From NCBI RefSeq assembly GCF_030271165.1, contig NZ_JASSZH010000012.1, forward strand, positions 24,139 to 48,138: a DNA stretch of 24,000 nucleotides, written 5' to 3'. The notes under the pieces are model-generated. The model did not search any database. It was not told where the DNA came from and worked only from the letters and a program-made list of their open reading frames with translations. Positions 9,039 through 17,151 of the stretch are shown piece by piece. Made by a program: the position numbers and the translations under genes. The stretch is from Psychromicrobium xiongbiense (GTDB lineage: Bacteria; Actinomycetota; Actinomycetes; Actinomycetales; Micrococcaceae). The stretch's first letter is position 1, and every line of letters starts with the position of its first letter.

Positions 9039-9847
9039 GGCCAACAGAGCTGGCCACTACCCCTGAGATATCCAGGGCCCGCCAGACGGCCCTGGAACTC
9101 GCGGCCTGGGCGGTGGCGGAGACCCGCAGCTACCGTCCCAGCGGGGTGACCACCAAGGCCAACCCGGCGGACCTGGTCACCGAGCTGGACACCCGGATCG
9201 AACGTCAGGTGCGCGCCGTCATCGGCGACCGATTCCCGGATCATGGCTTCGTCGGCGAGGAATACGGCGGCGAGGCGTCGCCGGGCCGCCCCACCTGGTA
9301 TCTCGATCCGGTGGATGGCACCACCAATCTGGCGAATGGGGTTCCCTGGACGGCATTTTCCCTGGCGCTGGCCGTGGACCGGACGCCGCTGATCGGGGTG
9401 ATTGCCGATCCCTGGCGCGAGCAGATCTTCGATGCCGCGGCCGGCGCCGGTGCGCGGTGCAACGGTGAGCTGCTGCCATCCCTGACAGCCAGCACGCTCA
9501 CCGGCAGCGTGGTCAGCACCGAGCTGGCGGGCCATCTCCCCTGGCCCGGGATGCGGGGGCTGGAAGCGGCGCTGGCAGAAAGGTTCTGTACGGTGCGGGT
9601 GATGGGCTCGGGGACCCTGACCCTGCTGGGGATCGCCGCCGGTCGTGGTGCCGGTGCGGTGATCGGCCGCTTCGGTGCGGAGGACCATCTGGCTGCGACG
9701 CTGATCGCGCAGGAAGCCGGGGCCGCGGTGCTCAATGAGGCCGGGCAGGTGTCGCTGTTCCCGGCCAGCGGCGGCATTCTGGTGGCGGCTCCGGCAGTGG
9801 CACAGGAGTTGCACGCGCTCTGGCGTTCGGCCCTCCCAACTGAGTAG
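9035..9847 (+). CDS. Inositol monophosphatase (IMPase/SuhB/HisN) family phosphatase
   Basis: 270 aa. Motifs FVGEEYGG and WYLDPVDGTTNLANG (metal-binding DPxDGT), plus the C-terminal ...GSGTLTLLGIAAGRG... block. ATGA overlap at 9035-9038. Confidence 0.88.
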   Translation: MRPTELATTPEISRARQTALELAAWAVAETRSYRPSGVTTKANPADLVTELDTRIERQVRAVIGDRFPDHGFVGEEYGGEASPGRPTWYLDPVDGTTNLANGVPWTAFSLALAVDRTPLIGVIADPWREQIFDAAAGAGARCNGELLPSLTASTLTGSVVSTELAGHLPWPGMRGLEAALAERFCTVRVMGSGTLTLLGIAAGRGAGAVIGRFGAEDHLAATLIAQEAGAAVLNEAGQVSLFPASGGILVAAPAVAQELHALWRSALPTE

Positions 9848-9869
9848 CAGCCTCCCAGCTGAGTAGCAG
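9832..9869. repeat. 19-bp tandem duplication x2 (CCTCCCAACTGAGTAGCAG / CCTCCCAGCTGAGTAGCAG) covering the last codons and TAG stop of the IMPase-family gene
   Basis: Read directly. The copies are at 9832-9850 and 9851-9869 with one mismatch (A9839 vs G9858). The stop codon is at 9845-9847. The second copy forms the outer part of the hairpin arm. Confidence 0.85.
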
Positions 9870-9914
9870 ATAGTGCACGTGGATACGTTTCCACGTGCAC
9901 TATCTGCTACTCAG
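9859..9914. terminator. Perfect 25-bp inverted repeat with 6-nt loop; probable bidirectional terminator or palindromic repeat element
   Basis: CTGAGTAGCAGATAGTGCACGTGGA (9859-9883), loop TACGTT, TCCACGTGCACTATCTGCTACTCAG (9890-9914). The exact reverse complement was checked by hand. It lies between convergent genes and has no U-tract. Confidence 0.65.
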
Positions 9915-9923
9915 GGTGTGACG

Positions 9924-9947
9924 CTCCCGTTGGGTTGGGGGCGGGAG
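9924..9947 (-). terminator. Small GC hairpin just downstream of mtlD (CTCCCG, 12-nt loop, CGGGAG)
   Basis: 6-bp stem read directly, 10 nt beyond the mtlD stop on the minus strand. Weak as a stand-alone terminator. Confidence 0.3.
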
Positions 9948-9957
9948 AGGCCGAAGG

Positions 9958-11106
9958 TCAGAGCTCAGCCTGCCTGGCCGCCACGAGAGATTGAACCTCC
10001 GCGAAGAGCGGGTGCTCCGGCGTCAGGCCGGTGATCGTCTCGGTCGCCTCGGCGGCATCGAGGGTGGCCAGCAGACGTGTCAGTTCGGTGGCTTCGCTGT
10101 CCGCCGGGTCATCGAAGCGCAGAGCTGCGGCGATGGCCGTCGACAGCGCCTCCGAGGCCATCCCCCGTTCGGCCCGTTCTGCGGCCGGTCCGATGAATCG
10201 TTCGTGCCGGCTCAGTTTGCGCAACGGAGCACGGCCCACACGATTCACCGTATCCGGCAGATAGGGATTGTTGAACCGGGAGAGGATCTTCTGCACATAG
10301 GCCTCCTGCTCCGCCTCCGGGAACTCGTGCTTCTCCACCAGCAGCCGCTTGGTTTCATCCAGCACCGCCCGGACCTTGGCGGCAACCTCGGCATCGGCCA
10401 TGGCATCGGAGATCTTCTCCAGCCCTGCCGCATACCCGAAGTAGGCGGCCGAGGCATGACCGGTATTCACGGTGAACAGTTTGCGTTCGATATACGGGCT
10501 GAGATCGTCGACGAAGGTCGCACCAGGAATCACGGGTGGATTGCCCTGAAATGGCGTCCGGTCAATGACCCACTCGTAGAAGGTCTCCACCGTGACATCG
10601 AGCCCCTGGCCCGGTGCCTGGGCGGGAACGATCCGGTCCACAGCGGTGTTGGCGAACACCGCCCGGGCATCGAGCGCTGCCGCGTCTCCGTCCCAGGCCG
10701 CAAGAACCTCCCGATGCAGCAGGTCGGTGGCATTGATCGCATTCTCGCAGGCCATGACCTGCAACGGCGGCAGCGATGGTGCGCGCTCCGCCAGGCCGCG
10801 GGCGATCACCGGCGCCACAAACTTGAGGATATGGGGTCCCACTGCTGTGGTCACCACATCTGCCGTGGCGATCTCCGCGACCACGGCGGCTTCCTCGGTG
10901 GCGGAATTCAGTGCCCGGAACCCGGAGACGGTCTTCACCGAGCCTTCTTCCCCGACCTCGTGCACTTCATAGGATGACGCTGCTGCCAGTTGGCTGATCA
11001 GCTCCGCGGCAACATCCGCGAACACCACCTCGTACCCTGCCTCGTGCAGAAGCAACCCCACGAAGCCACGACCGATATTGCCTGCTCCGAAATGAACAGC
11101 TTTCAC
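9958..11106 (-). CDS. mtlD: Mannitol-1-phosphate 5-dehydrogenase
   Basis: 382 aa. N-terminus [17 protein letters not shown] matches the MtlD Rossmann signature. GTG start overlaps the mtlA stop by 1 nt (TAGTG). Confidence 0.93.
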   Translation of the reverse strand: MKAVHFGAGNIGRGFVGLLLHEAGYEVVFADVAAELISQLAAASSYEVHEVGEEGSVKTVSGFRALNSATEEAAVVAEIATADVVTTAVGPHILKFVAPVIARGLAERAPSLPPLQVMACENAINATDLLHREVLAAWDGDAAALDARAVFANTAVDRIVPAQAPGQGLDVTVETFYEWVIDRTPFQGNPPVIPGATFVDDLSPYIERKLFTVNTGHASAAYFGYAAGLEKISDAMADAEVAAKVRAVLDETKRLLVEKHEFPEAEQEAYVQKILSRFNNPYLPDTVNRVGRAPLRKLSRHERFIGPAAERAERGMASEALSTAIAAALRFDDPADSEATELTRLLATLDAAEATETITGLTPEHPLFAEVQSLVAARQAEL

Positions 11107-13055
11107 TATGCGTTGACCTTTCCGAAGAGTGCCAGGATTTCCTCGACCGACGTCGCTTCCTCGAGCTGGGCCACCTGAGCCTTGTCGGTGAAGATCTTGG
11201 CAATCGAAGCGAGGATCTGGAGGTGTTCGTTGTTGATGCCTGCCACGCCCACGACGAACTTGACGGGCTTGCCTGCCCAGTCGATGCCGCCGGGATACCG
11301 GATGATCGAAATGGCCGAGTGCAGGATGTGCTCTTTGGCATCGTTGGTTCCGTGCGGAATGGCCAGGAAGCTGCCCATGTAGGTGGACACCGATTCCTCG
11401 CGCTCATGCATCGCCTGCACATAGCTCGCATCCACGGCGCCACGTGCCATCAGGAGGCGTCCTGCTTCTTCGATGGCGGAATCGCGGTCTGTTGCCGTGC
11501 CGCTGAGCACCACGGAGCTGGGCAGCAGCACGTCCCGGCCGGCACTCTCTGCGGCCGACGGCGCCTCCCCGACCACGGTTTCCGCGGCCGCCGGAGCCTC
11601 AGCGGGCGAGTCACCGTTGCTGCTCTTCACCAGCTCAACGATCTCGTCATACCGTGGGCTGTTCATGAAGTTGTCCACCGAGACGTGCACGGCGCTTCCG
11701 GTGAGCGGCTTGGCGCGCTCTGTGAGGTCCTGGTGCGTGACCACGATGTCGTAGGTGTCACTCAGGTTGGCGATGGCTGAGTTGGTGACTTTGACCCCGG
11801 GGAATCCGGCGGCCTTGATCTTGTTGCGGAGCACTGAGGCACCCATGGCACTGGAGCCCATACCGGCATCACAGGCAAAGACGATGTTCTCGATGGGGCC
11901 GGCCAGCACCGCCGTACCCACTCCGCCGCCGGTCAGGACCGAGGCCACAGAGCTTTTCTTTCCCTTGAGCGCTTCCATCTTGGAGGTCGCCGCACCGAGG
12001 GCGTCCTCGTCCGTGCTCTTGCTGGCTTTGAGAATCACCGAGGCGATCAGGAAGGACACGGTAGCGGCAAGCAGCACCGAGAGCGCCACCCCGAGGTAGC
12101 TGTCGCTGGCGGTCGCAGCGAAGACGGCGATGATGCTGCCAGGTGCGGCGGGTGAACGCAGACCCGCGCCGGTGACCACCAGGGTGAAAATCCCGGTCAT
12201 ACCGCCACCGATGGCCGCCAGGAGAAGAATCGGCTTCATCAACACGTAGGGGAAGTAGATTTCGTGGATGCCACCGACAAACTGGATGAGTGCCGCCCCG
12301 GGAGCGGAGGCCCGGGCCAGCCCCTTACCGAAGAACATGTAGGCCAGCAGGATGCCGACGCCGGGGCCGGGGTTGGATTCGAGCAGGAACAGGATGGACT
12401 TGCCATTCTGCAAGGCCTGTTCAGTACCCAGCGGGGTCAGGATGCCGTGGTTCACGGCGTTGTTCAGGAACAGGACCTTGGCGGGCTCAATGAAAATGCT
12501 GGTCAGCGGCAGGAGACCGTGCTGCACCAGGAACTCCACCACCGCGGATGCGCCATTGCTGAAGGCGGTGACCACCGGACCGATCACCAACATACCGAGG
12601 ATGCCCATCACGGCCGCCACGATGCCGGCAGAGAAGTTGTCGATCAACATCTCGAAGCCGGGTTTGACGCGGCCTTCCCAGACTTTGTCCAACTTCTTCA
12701 TGACCCAGGCAGTCAGTGGACCCATGATCATGGCACCGATGAACATGGGGATGTCGGTGCCGACGATGACGCCCATGGTAGCCGCCGCGCCCACCACGCC
12801 ACCGCGGACGCCGTGGACGGCGCGACCACCGGTATAGCCGATGAGCAGCGGGAGCAGGTAGGTGATCATGGGCCCGACGAGCTTGGCCAGGGTGTCATTG
12901 GGGAAGAATCCGGCCGGAATGAAGAGCGCCGTGATGATGCCCCAGGCAATAAATGCCCCGATATTCGGCATGATCATGCCGGAAAGGAAAGTGCCGAACT
13001 TCTGGACACCTACCCGAAGGCTGGTGCGCGGTGTCGCAACGGACTGTGTTGCCAT
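11106..13055 (-). CDS. mtlA: PTS mannitol-specific EIICBA component
   Basis: 649 aa. IIC membrane domain ([22 protein letters not shown]...). IIB with the phospho-Cys motif [20 protein letters not shown]. An Ala/Pro/Glu linker is followed by IIA with the phospho-His motif LAIPHGT. AGGAC lies 9 nt upstream of the ATG. Confidence 0.93.
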   Translation of the reverse strand: MATQSVATPRTSLRVGVQKFGTFLSGMIMPNIGAFIAWGIITALFIPAGFFPNDTLAKLVGPMITYLLPLLIGYTGGRAVHGVRGGVVGAAATMGVIVGTDIPMFIGAMIMGPLTAWVMKKLDKVWEGRVKPGFEMLIDNFSAGIVAAVMGILGMLVIGPVVTAFSNGASAVVEFLVQHGLLPLTSIFIEPAKVLFLNNAVNHGILTPLGTEQALQNGKSILFLLESNPGPGVGILLAYMFFGKGLARASAPGAALIQFVGGIHEIYFPYVLMKPILLLAAIGGGMTGIFTLVVTGAGLRSPAAPGSIIAVFAATASDSYLGVALSVLLAATVSFLIASVILKASKSTDEDALGAATSKMEALKGKKSSVASVLTGGGVGTAVLAGPIENIVFACDAGMGSSAMGASVLRNKIKAAGFPGVKVTNSAIANLSDTYDIVVTHQDLTERAKPLTGSAVHVSVDNFMNSPRYDEIVELVKSSNGDSPAEAPAAAETVVGEAPSAAESAGRDVLLPSSVVLSGTATDRDSAIEEAGRLLMARGAVDASYVQAMHEREESVSTYMGSFLAIPHGTNDAKEHILHSAISIIRYPGGIDWAGKPVKFVVGVAGINNEHLQILASIAKIFTDKAQVAQLEEATSVEEILALFGKVNA

Positions 13056-13076
13056 GGTGTTTGTCCTATCGTAGAT

Positions 13077-13112
13077 CCCGCGGCATCGCGGGTCGGCCGT
13101 CCTGGGCCAGGA
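13077..13112 (-). promoter_or_regulatory. Structured mtlA leader / TetR-mtlA spacer: GC hairpin plus 6-1-6 palindrome
   Basis: Hairpin CCCGCG-GCAT-CGCGGG at 13077-13092. Palindrome TCCTGGgCCAGGA at 13100-13112. Both lie within the 87-bp gap between the TetR stop (13143) and the mtlA start (13055). Function not determinable from sequence. Confidence 0.3.
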
Positions 13113-13142
13113 AACAACAAAGGAATCAGAGCGAGAACAGGT

Positions 13143-13865
13143 TCAGGGACTGGTGGAGATACGGTGAAGCCATTCAAGAAAAAGTTTCAGCTCTGAACTG
13201 GACAGTTGATCTGAATGCGATGCCTGAAGGGCAGCATTCAGGGCGATGGCCGCAACCACCACGGAAGACTTCCCCGAGGTATCGGATGCAGCGCCACGGG
13301 CTTCCTCCGTGGAGATGGCGAAAATCATGGAATCACGGGTCATCGTGGAGAGCTCGAGATTCCTCTCTTCCACCGGCTCAGCGATGAGCATCAGGGTCAC
13401 GCCGACGTTGGCCGCAAGGATGCTGCGGGCCGCCTCATGCGGTGGCACATTGAGCTGTCCCGCCGCCGCGGCCCGGTTCAGCATTCCCTCCATGAGCGCC
13501 TCGGCATCGGCAACGATAGTGGGGCGACTTTCCGGGCGGATATTGCCAAACATGACCAGATACAAGTGCGGTTGAGTCAATCCGAACTGGACATGGTGGT
13601 CCCACATCCGTCGGACATCCTCCAGGGGTTCTCCGGACGGGATAACACCCCGCTCCCCCGCCACATACTCCTCAAAGCCGACCGCCACCACTGCGTCGAA
13701 CAGACCTTCTTTGTCACCGAAGTGGTGGTAGAGCGTCGGCGCGGTCACCCCGGCAAGCTTGGTGATCTGACGCGTAGAGACCGGTGCCCCCTCCGAGCTG
13801 GCCAGGAGCTCGGCAGCTGCATGAAGCAGCCGAGCCTTAGCCGGAGTCTGGTCGTCGATGCCCAT
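13143..13865 (-). CDS. TetR/AcrR-family transcriptional regulator
   Basis: 240 aa. N-terminal HTH ...STRQITKLAGVTAPTLYHHFGDKEGLFDAVV... Same strand as mtlA-mtlD and immediately upstream of them. Confidence 0.88.
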   Translation of the reverse strand: MGIDDQTPAKARLLHAAAELLASSEGAPVSTRQITKLAGVTAPTLYHHFGDKEGLFDAVVAVGFEEYVAGERGVIPSGEPLEDVRRMWDHHVQFGLTQPHLYLVMFGNIRPESRPTIVADAEALMEGMLNRAAAAGQLNVPPHEAARSILAANVGVTLMLIAEPVEERNLELSTMTRDSMIFAISTEEARGAASDTSGKSSVVVAAIALNAALQASHSDQLSSSELKLFLEWLHRISTSP

Positions 13866-13883
13866 GACCGCTACCCTAGCATC

Positions 13884-13898
13884 TATAGCACTGCTATA
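13884..13898. promoter_or_regulatory. Perfect 7-1-7 palindrome TATAGCAcTGCTATA, candidate TetR operator
   Basis: Read directly. It lies 19 bp upstream of the TetR start codon, in an AT-rich patch that must hold the promoter because a terminator lies further upstream. Confidence 0.45.
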
Positions 13899-13968
13899 TG
13901 AAGTAGGTCACACCAACTAATTTTCTTCTCGGCCTCCGCGCCCTGGGCCCACCTGACAGCCGGAAATG

Positions 13969-14011
13969 CACGATGGCGGGTGGCCCCGTGAAAGGGCCAC
14001 CCGCCATCGTG
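13969..14011 (-). terminator. Intrinsic terminator hairpin downstream of the aldo/keto reductase gene
   Basis: Perfect 18-bp stem CACGATGGCGGGTGGCCC / GGGCCACCCGCCATCGTG with a 7-nt loop. It starts 34 nt after the stop at 14045. On the minus strand it is followed by CAUUUCC. Confidence 0.7.
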
Positions 14012-14044
14012 GGTGAATCAGTGTTGCGCCGGTCGAGGTGAAGC

Positions 14045-14884
14045 TCAGGCGAAGTCGGAGACCGCCGGGTCGGGGCCGATCCGCCCCTCAGCGCCACGAT
14101 CCAGAGCGTTGAGCGCCTCCACGTCCTCGGCATCCAGCGTCACGTCCAGGCTGGCGAAGTTCTCCGCGATGCGCGACTCGGTCACCGACTTGGGGATCAC
14201 CACATTGCCCAGAGCCAGATGCCAGGCAATGACGACCTGCGCAGGAGTGGCCCCGTGCTTCTGGGCGATGGCGACGACCGTCGGATCGGAGAGCAGCTCG
14301 CCACCCTGGCCCAGCGGGGACCAGGCCTGGGTCAGGATGCCCTGGCTGGCGTTGAAGTCGCGCAGTTCGCTCTGGTTGAAGTACGGGTGCAGCTCGATCT
14401 GGTGAATCGCCGGGACCACGCCGGTGGCCTCAACGATCTCCTTGATGCCCTCTGCGGTGAAGTTGGAGACACCGATCGACGTCACTTTGCCGGCCTTCTG
14501 CAGGTCCACCAGAGCCTTCCAGGTGTCCGCATAGGCCCCCCGCTGCGGCTGCATCCAGTGGATCAGGTAGAGGTCCAGTGAATCCAGACCCAGGCGCTCC
14601 AGCGAGGCGTCGAAGGCGGCCAGCGTGGAGTCGTAGCCCTGGTCAGCATTCCAGAGCTTGGTGGTGATGAACAGCTCTTCCGGGCTCAGCTCCGAGGCGG
14701 CAATGGCGCGACCGACTCCCGCTTCATTGCCGTAGATCTTGGCGGTGTCAATGTGGCGATAGCCGGCGTCCAGGGCCTGACCCACCACGGTTTCCGCAAC
14801 CGAGTCTTCTACTTGCCATACGCCGTAGCCCAGCTGCGGGATGGTGTTTCCGTCATTGAATGTGAGGTTTGGCGAAGTCGTCAT
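14045..14884 (-). CDS. Aldo/keto reductase (DkgA/YvgN-like)
   Basis: Start placed at ATG 14884 (MTTSPNLTFNDGNTIPQLGYGVWQV). AKR catalytic tetrad contexts are present: HIDTAKIYGNE (D, Y), TTKLW (K) and LIHW (H). Confidence 0.9.
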   Translation of the reverse strand: MTTSPNLTFNDGNTIPQLGYGVWQVEDSVAETVVGQALDAGYRHIDTAKIYGNEAGVGRAIAASELSPEELFITTKLWNADQGYDSTLAAFDASLERLGLDSLDLYLIHWMQPQRGAYADTWKALVDLQKAGKVTSIGVSNFTAEGIKEIVEATGVVPAIHQIELHPYFNQSELRDFNASQGILTQAWSPLGQGGELLSDPTVVAIAQKHGATPAQVVIAWHLALGNVVIPKSVTESRIAENFASLDVTLDAEDVEALNALDRGAEGRIGPDPAVSDFA

Positions 14885-15000
14885 ACCACCATCCTGCCAA
14901 AAATGCCCCGCCCGGGCCATGTCCGGACTACCGCTTCACTGTGCGCGTAACCGGGAATAACCTGACTGACTCCACACCCCGTTTCAGTGGCGACGAGGGC

Positions 15001-15357
15001 TCAGCCCACGCAGAGACAGAAGGGGTGCCCCGCCGGATCCAGGAACACCCGGAACGTGGTCCCCGGCTGGACATCGGTCTTCGTGGCGCCGATCGCCAGC
15101 ACCTCAGCCTCCGCTTCGTCGAGGTCCTGGACCATCACGTCGAAATGCATCTGCTGCGGCTGGTCCTGGCCCGGCCATTGTGGCGGGGTGTAGTTCTCCA
15201 CCGGCTGGAAGCAGATACACTCGCTGGGACCGCCCCGCACCTCCGCCCAGTCGGGACGAATCTCTGCCTTCCAGCCGAGCAGCTCGGCGTAGAAGGTGGC
15301 CAGAACACCGGGGTCCGGGCAGTCGATGACAATGCTGGGGTAACGGGCAATAGCCAT
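15001..15357 (-). CDS. VOC/glyoxalase-family protein
   Basis: 118 aa (MAIARYPSIVIDCPDPGVLATFYAELLGW...FLDPAGHPFCLCVG). This is only the 3' third of the 557-aa track ORF 15001..16674. The rest of that ORF is an off-frame read-through of the MFS gene. Confidence 0.8.
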   Translation of the reverse strand: MAIARYPSIVIDCPDPGVLATFYAELLGWKAEIRPDWAEVRGGPSECICFQPVENYTPPQWPGQDQPQQMHFDVMVQDLDEAEAEVLAIGATKTDVQPGTTFRVFLDPAGHPFCLCVG

Positions 15358-15407
15358 GCGACCGATCCTACGCCCGGCCTGCGGATTTGCCCACAGGCAG
15401 GCACGGC

Positions 15408-16769
15408 CTACTCGGCGGCAGGGACTTTGCTCTCGAAGGCGTTCCCTTCCTCCAGATCGAGCGCCGTCGGCCCCTTGTTCCGGAACGCCCAGATGTAGAC
15501 GGCCAGTGAAATAGCGATGCACACCGTGACATAGGTGAAAAACACGCCGTCCAGATGCGCACCGGAGAGCGCCTTGCCCAGATACGGCGCCGTACCGCCG
15601 AAGAGCGCATTGGCCACACCATAAGCCAGCCCCACCCCGAGCGCCCGGATCTCCCGCGGGAACAGCTCCGCCTTCACCAGGGCGTTGATCGAGGTGTAGC
15701 CCAGCACGATGACGAGTGCCGCCATCATGAGCAGGAAAGACAGCACCGGGCTGGAGGTGGCGGTCAGGGCACTGAGGATCGGCCAGGTGAAGAGGACACC
15801 GCCGATGCCAAACCACAGCAGCAGAGGCTTGCGGCCCACCCGGTCCGAGATGGCTCCAGCCACGGGCTGCAGGACCATGAAGATCAGCAGCGCCACAAAG
15901 TTGATCATGGTCACCGTCGGTTTGTCCTTGACGGTCCCGTTCATCAGGATCTGCATATAGGAGGTGAAGGTGTAGAAGGCGAGGGTTCCGCCCATCGTCA
16001 GACCAATGACCATGAGGAACTGCTTCCAGTACCTGGACAGCAGCCGCAAAGTCCCGGGCGCCGCTTCGCCCGCCCGAGCGTTGCGGGCGGCATCGAGCTG
16101 TTCCTGCGGCACCGATTCGATCATGCCGCGCCGGATCCACATGACCGTCACGGCTGCGGCGGCACCGATCACGAAGGGGATCCGCCAGCCCCAGTCCATC
16201 AGCGCCTGGGCACTGAGCAGGTTCTGCAGGATGATCTGCACCACCAGCGCCAGGACCTGCCCGCTGACCAGCGTCACGTACTGGAAGCTGGAGAAGAAGC
16301 CACGCCTGTTCCGGGTAGCCATCTCTGACATGTAGGTGGCACTGGTGCCATACTCGCCGCCCACCGAGAAGCCCTGCACCAGCCGGGCGATCAGCAGGAT
16401 GACAGTGGCTCCGGCCCCGATCTGCTGGACGCCCGGGGACACCGCGATCAGCAGCGAACCACCCGCCATGAGCAGCACGGACAGGGTCAGGGCCGCCCGT
16501 CGTCCGCGCCGATCCGCATAGCGACCGAAGTACCAGCTGCCGACGGGGCGCATGACGAAGGCTGCGGCGAAGACGCCCAGAACGCCCAGCGTGTCCTTGT
16601 CCTCGGAGCCCGAGGCGAAAAAGACGTGGCTGAAATAGGCAGTGAACACCGTGAAGGAGTAGAAGTCGTACCACTCGACCATATTGCCGGCCGAGCCACG
16701 CAGAATATTGCCCACCACCGAGCTGGCCTTGAGGGCTTCCCTCTGCGGATCATGTGCTTGTATCGTCAT
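15408..16769 (-). CDS. MFS transporter, metabolite:H+ symporter (MHS; KgtP/ProP-like) family
   Basis: Start placed at ATG 16769 (MTIQAHDP...), with GGTGAGG upstream. MHS signature GNMVEWYDFYSFTVFTAYF. About 12 TM segments. RYADRRGRR loop motif. Confidence 0.88.
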   Translation of the reverse strand: MTIQAHDPQREALKASSVVGNILRGSAGNMVEWYDFYSFTVFTAYFSHVFFASGSEDKDTLGVLGVFAAAFVMRPVGSWYFGRYADRRGRRAALTLSVLLMAGGSLLIAVSPGVQQIGAGATVILLIARLVQGFSVGGEYGTSATYMSEMATRNRRGFFSSFQYVTLVSGQVLALVVQIILQNLLSAQALMDWGWRIPFVIGAAAAVTVMWIRRGMIESVPQEQLDAARNARAGEAAPGTLRLLSRYWKQFLMVIGLTMGGTLAFYTFTSYMQILMNGTVKDKPTVTMINFVALLIFMVLQPVAGAISDRVGRKPLLLWFGIGGVLFTWPILSALTATSSPVLSFLLMMAALVIVLGYTSINALVKAELFPREIRALGVGLAYGVANALFGGTAPYLGKALSGAHLDGVFFTYVTVCIAISLAVYIWAFRNKGPTALDLEEGNAFESKVPAAE

Positions 16770-16910
16770 CGACGCCTCACCTGGGCTGGATCTTCGCAGC
16801 GGGCGGGGAACCCGTCCGCTTCCCGGCCACCCTATGCCCGCACCTGCCCGGGGGCAAGGCACATGACCGTGACACCTCCGCAGAGCAGCCGTGGATTAAG
16901 AGCAAACTCA

Positions 16911-16941
16911 AGGCTGATTTTCAGGCTATTTTCAGGCTTCC
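16911..16941. repeat. Tandem AGGCT(G)ATTTTC x2.5 in the MFS/S8 divergent intergenic region
   Basis: Read directly: AGGCTGATTTTC at 16911-16922, AGGCTATTTTC at 16923-16933, then AGGCTTCC. It lies just upstream of a possible promoter (TCGACA at 16952-16957, 17-nt spacer, TAGATC). Confidence 0.55.
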
Positions 16942-17151
16942 ATGCCGCTCGATCGACAGGAACATTCCCCCGTCATAGATCCTTCACAGTCTCGGTGCAG
17001 GTCGCGTAGGGTGATGCCATCGACTCAGCAGAGCCGCCCTGTGCAACCCCCTGGCGATGACCCTCATCCCGGCGAGTCGCTATGAGAGGTGCAAAAGCGC
17101 AGGCAACGGTCCCGACCGGCATCCCGGTACGGGCGAACCCGAAGGAACACG

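Noticed and set aside
8324-9814. 496-aa ORF antisense to the GDPD and IMPase-family genes
   Set aside because: It spans two well-supported plus-strand genes and their overlap. The composition is Arg/Gly/Pro-rich and no domain signature is present. It is a high-GC artefact.
9832-9947. Calling the palindromic elements (here and at 20817-20894) mobile elements or MITEs
   Set aside because: No transposase is nearby, no flanking target-site duplication is evident, and only two loci are visible. They are reported as repeats and candidate terminators until a genome-wide copy count is available.
12264-13196. 310-aa plus-strand ORF opposite mtlA that extends into the TetR gene
   Set aside because: It is antisense to two well-supported genes. 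The translation is Asp/His/Gly-rich and low-complexity with no domain signature.
15358-16674. Upstream 439 codons of the 557-aa track ORF 15001..16674
   Set aside because: This part is an off-frame reading of the MFS transporter gene, and its translation is Arg/Gly/Pro-rich nonsense. Only the last 118 codons (15001-15357), starting MAIARYPSIVIDCPDPG, form a coherent VOC-family protein.
17089-17151. Upstream ATG start for the S8 peptidase (MQKRRQRSRPASRYGRTRRNT)
   Set aside because: The extension is highly basic and non-signal-like. ATG 17152 has a GAAGGAA ribosome-binding site and gives a standard signal peptide. The same reasoning trimmed the track ORFs at 14885-14920, 16770-16862 and 20853-20954.
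16980-17151. Known riboswitch (for example the c-di-AMP/ydaO class often found upstream of actinobacterial secreted hydrolases) in the protease leader
   Set aside because: I could not find the conserved sequence blocks I associate with that class, or with any other class I can recall. Without a covariance-model search this cannot be claimed.
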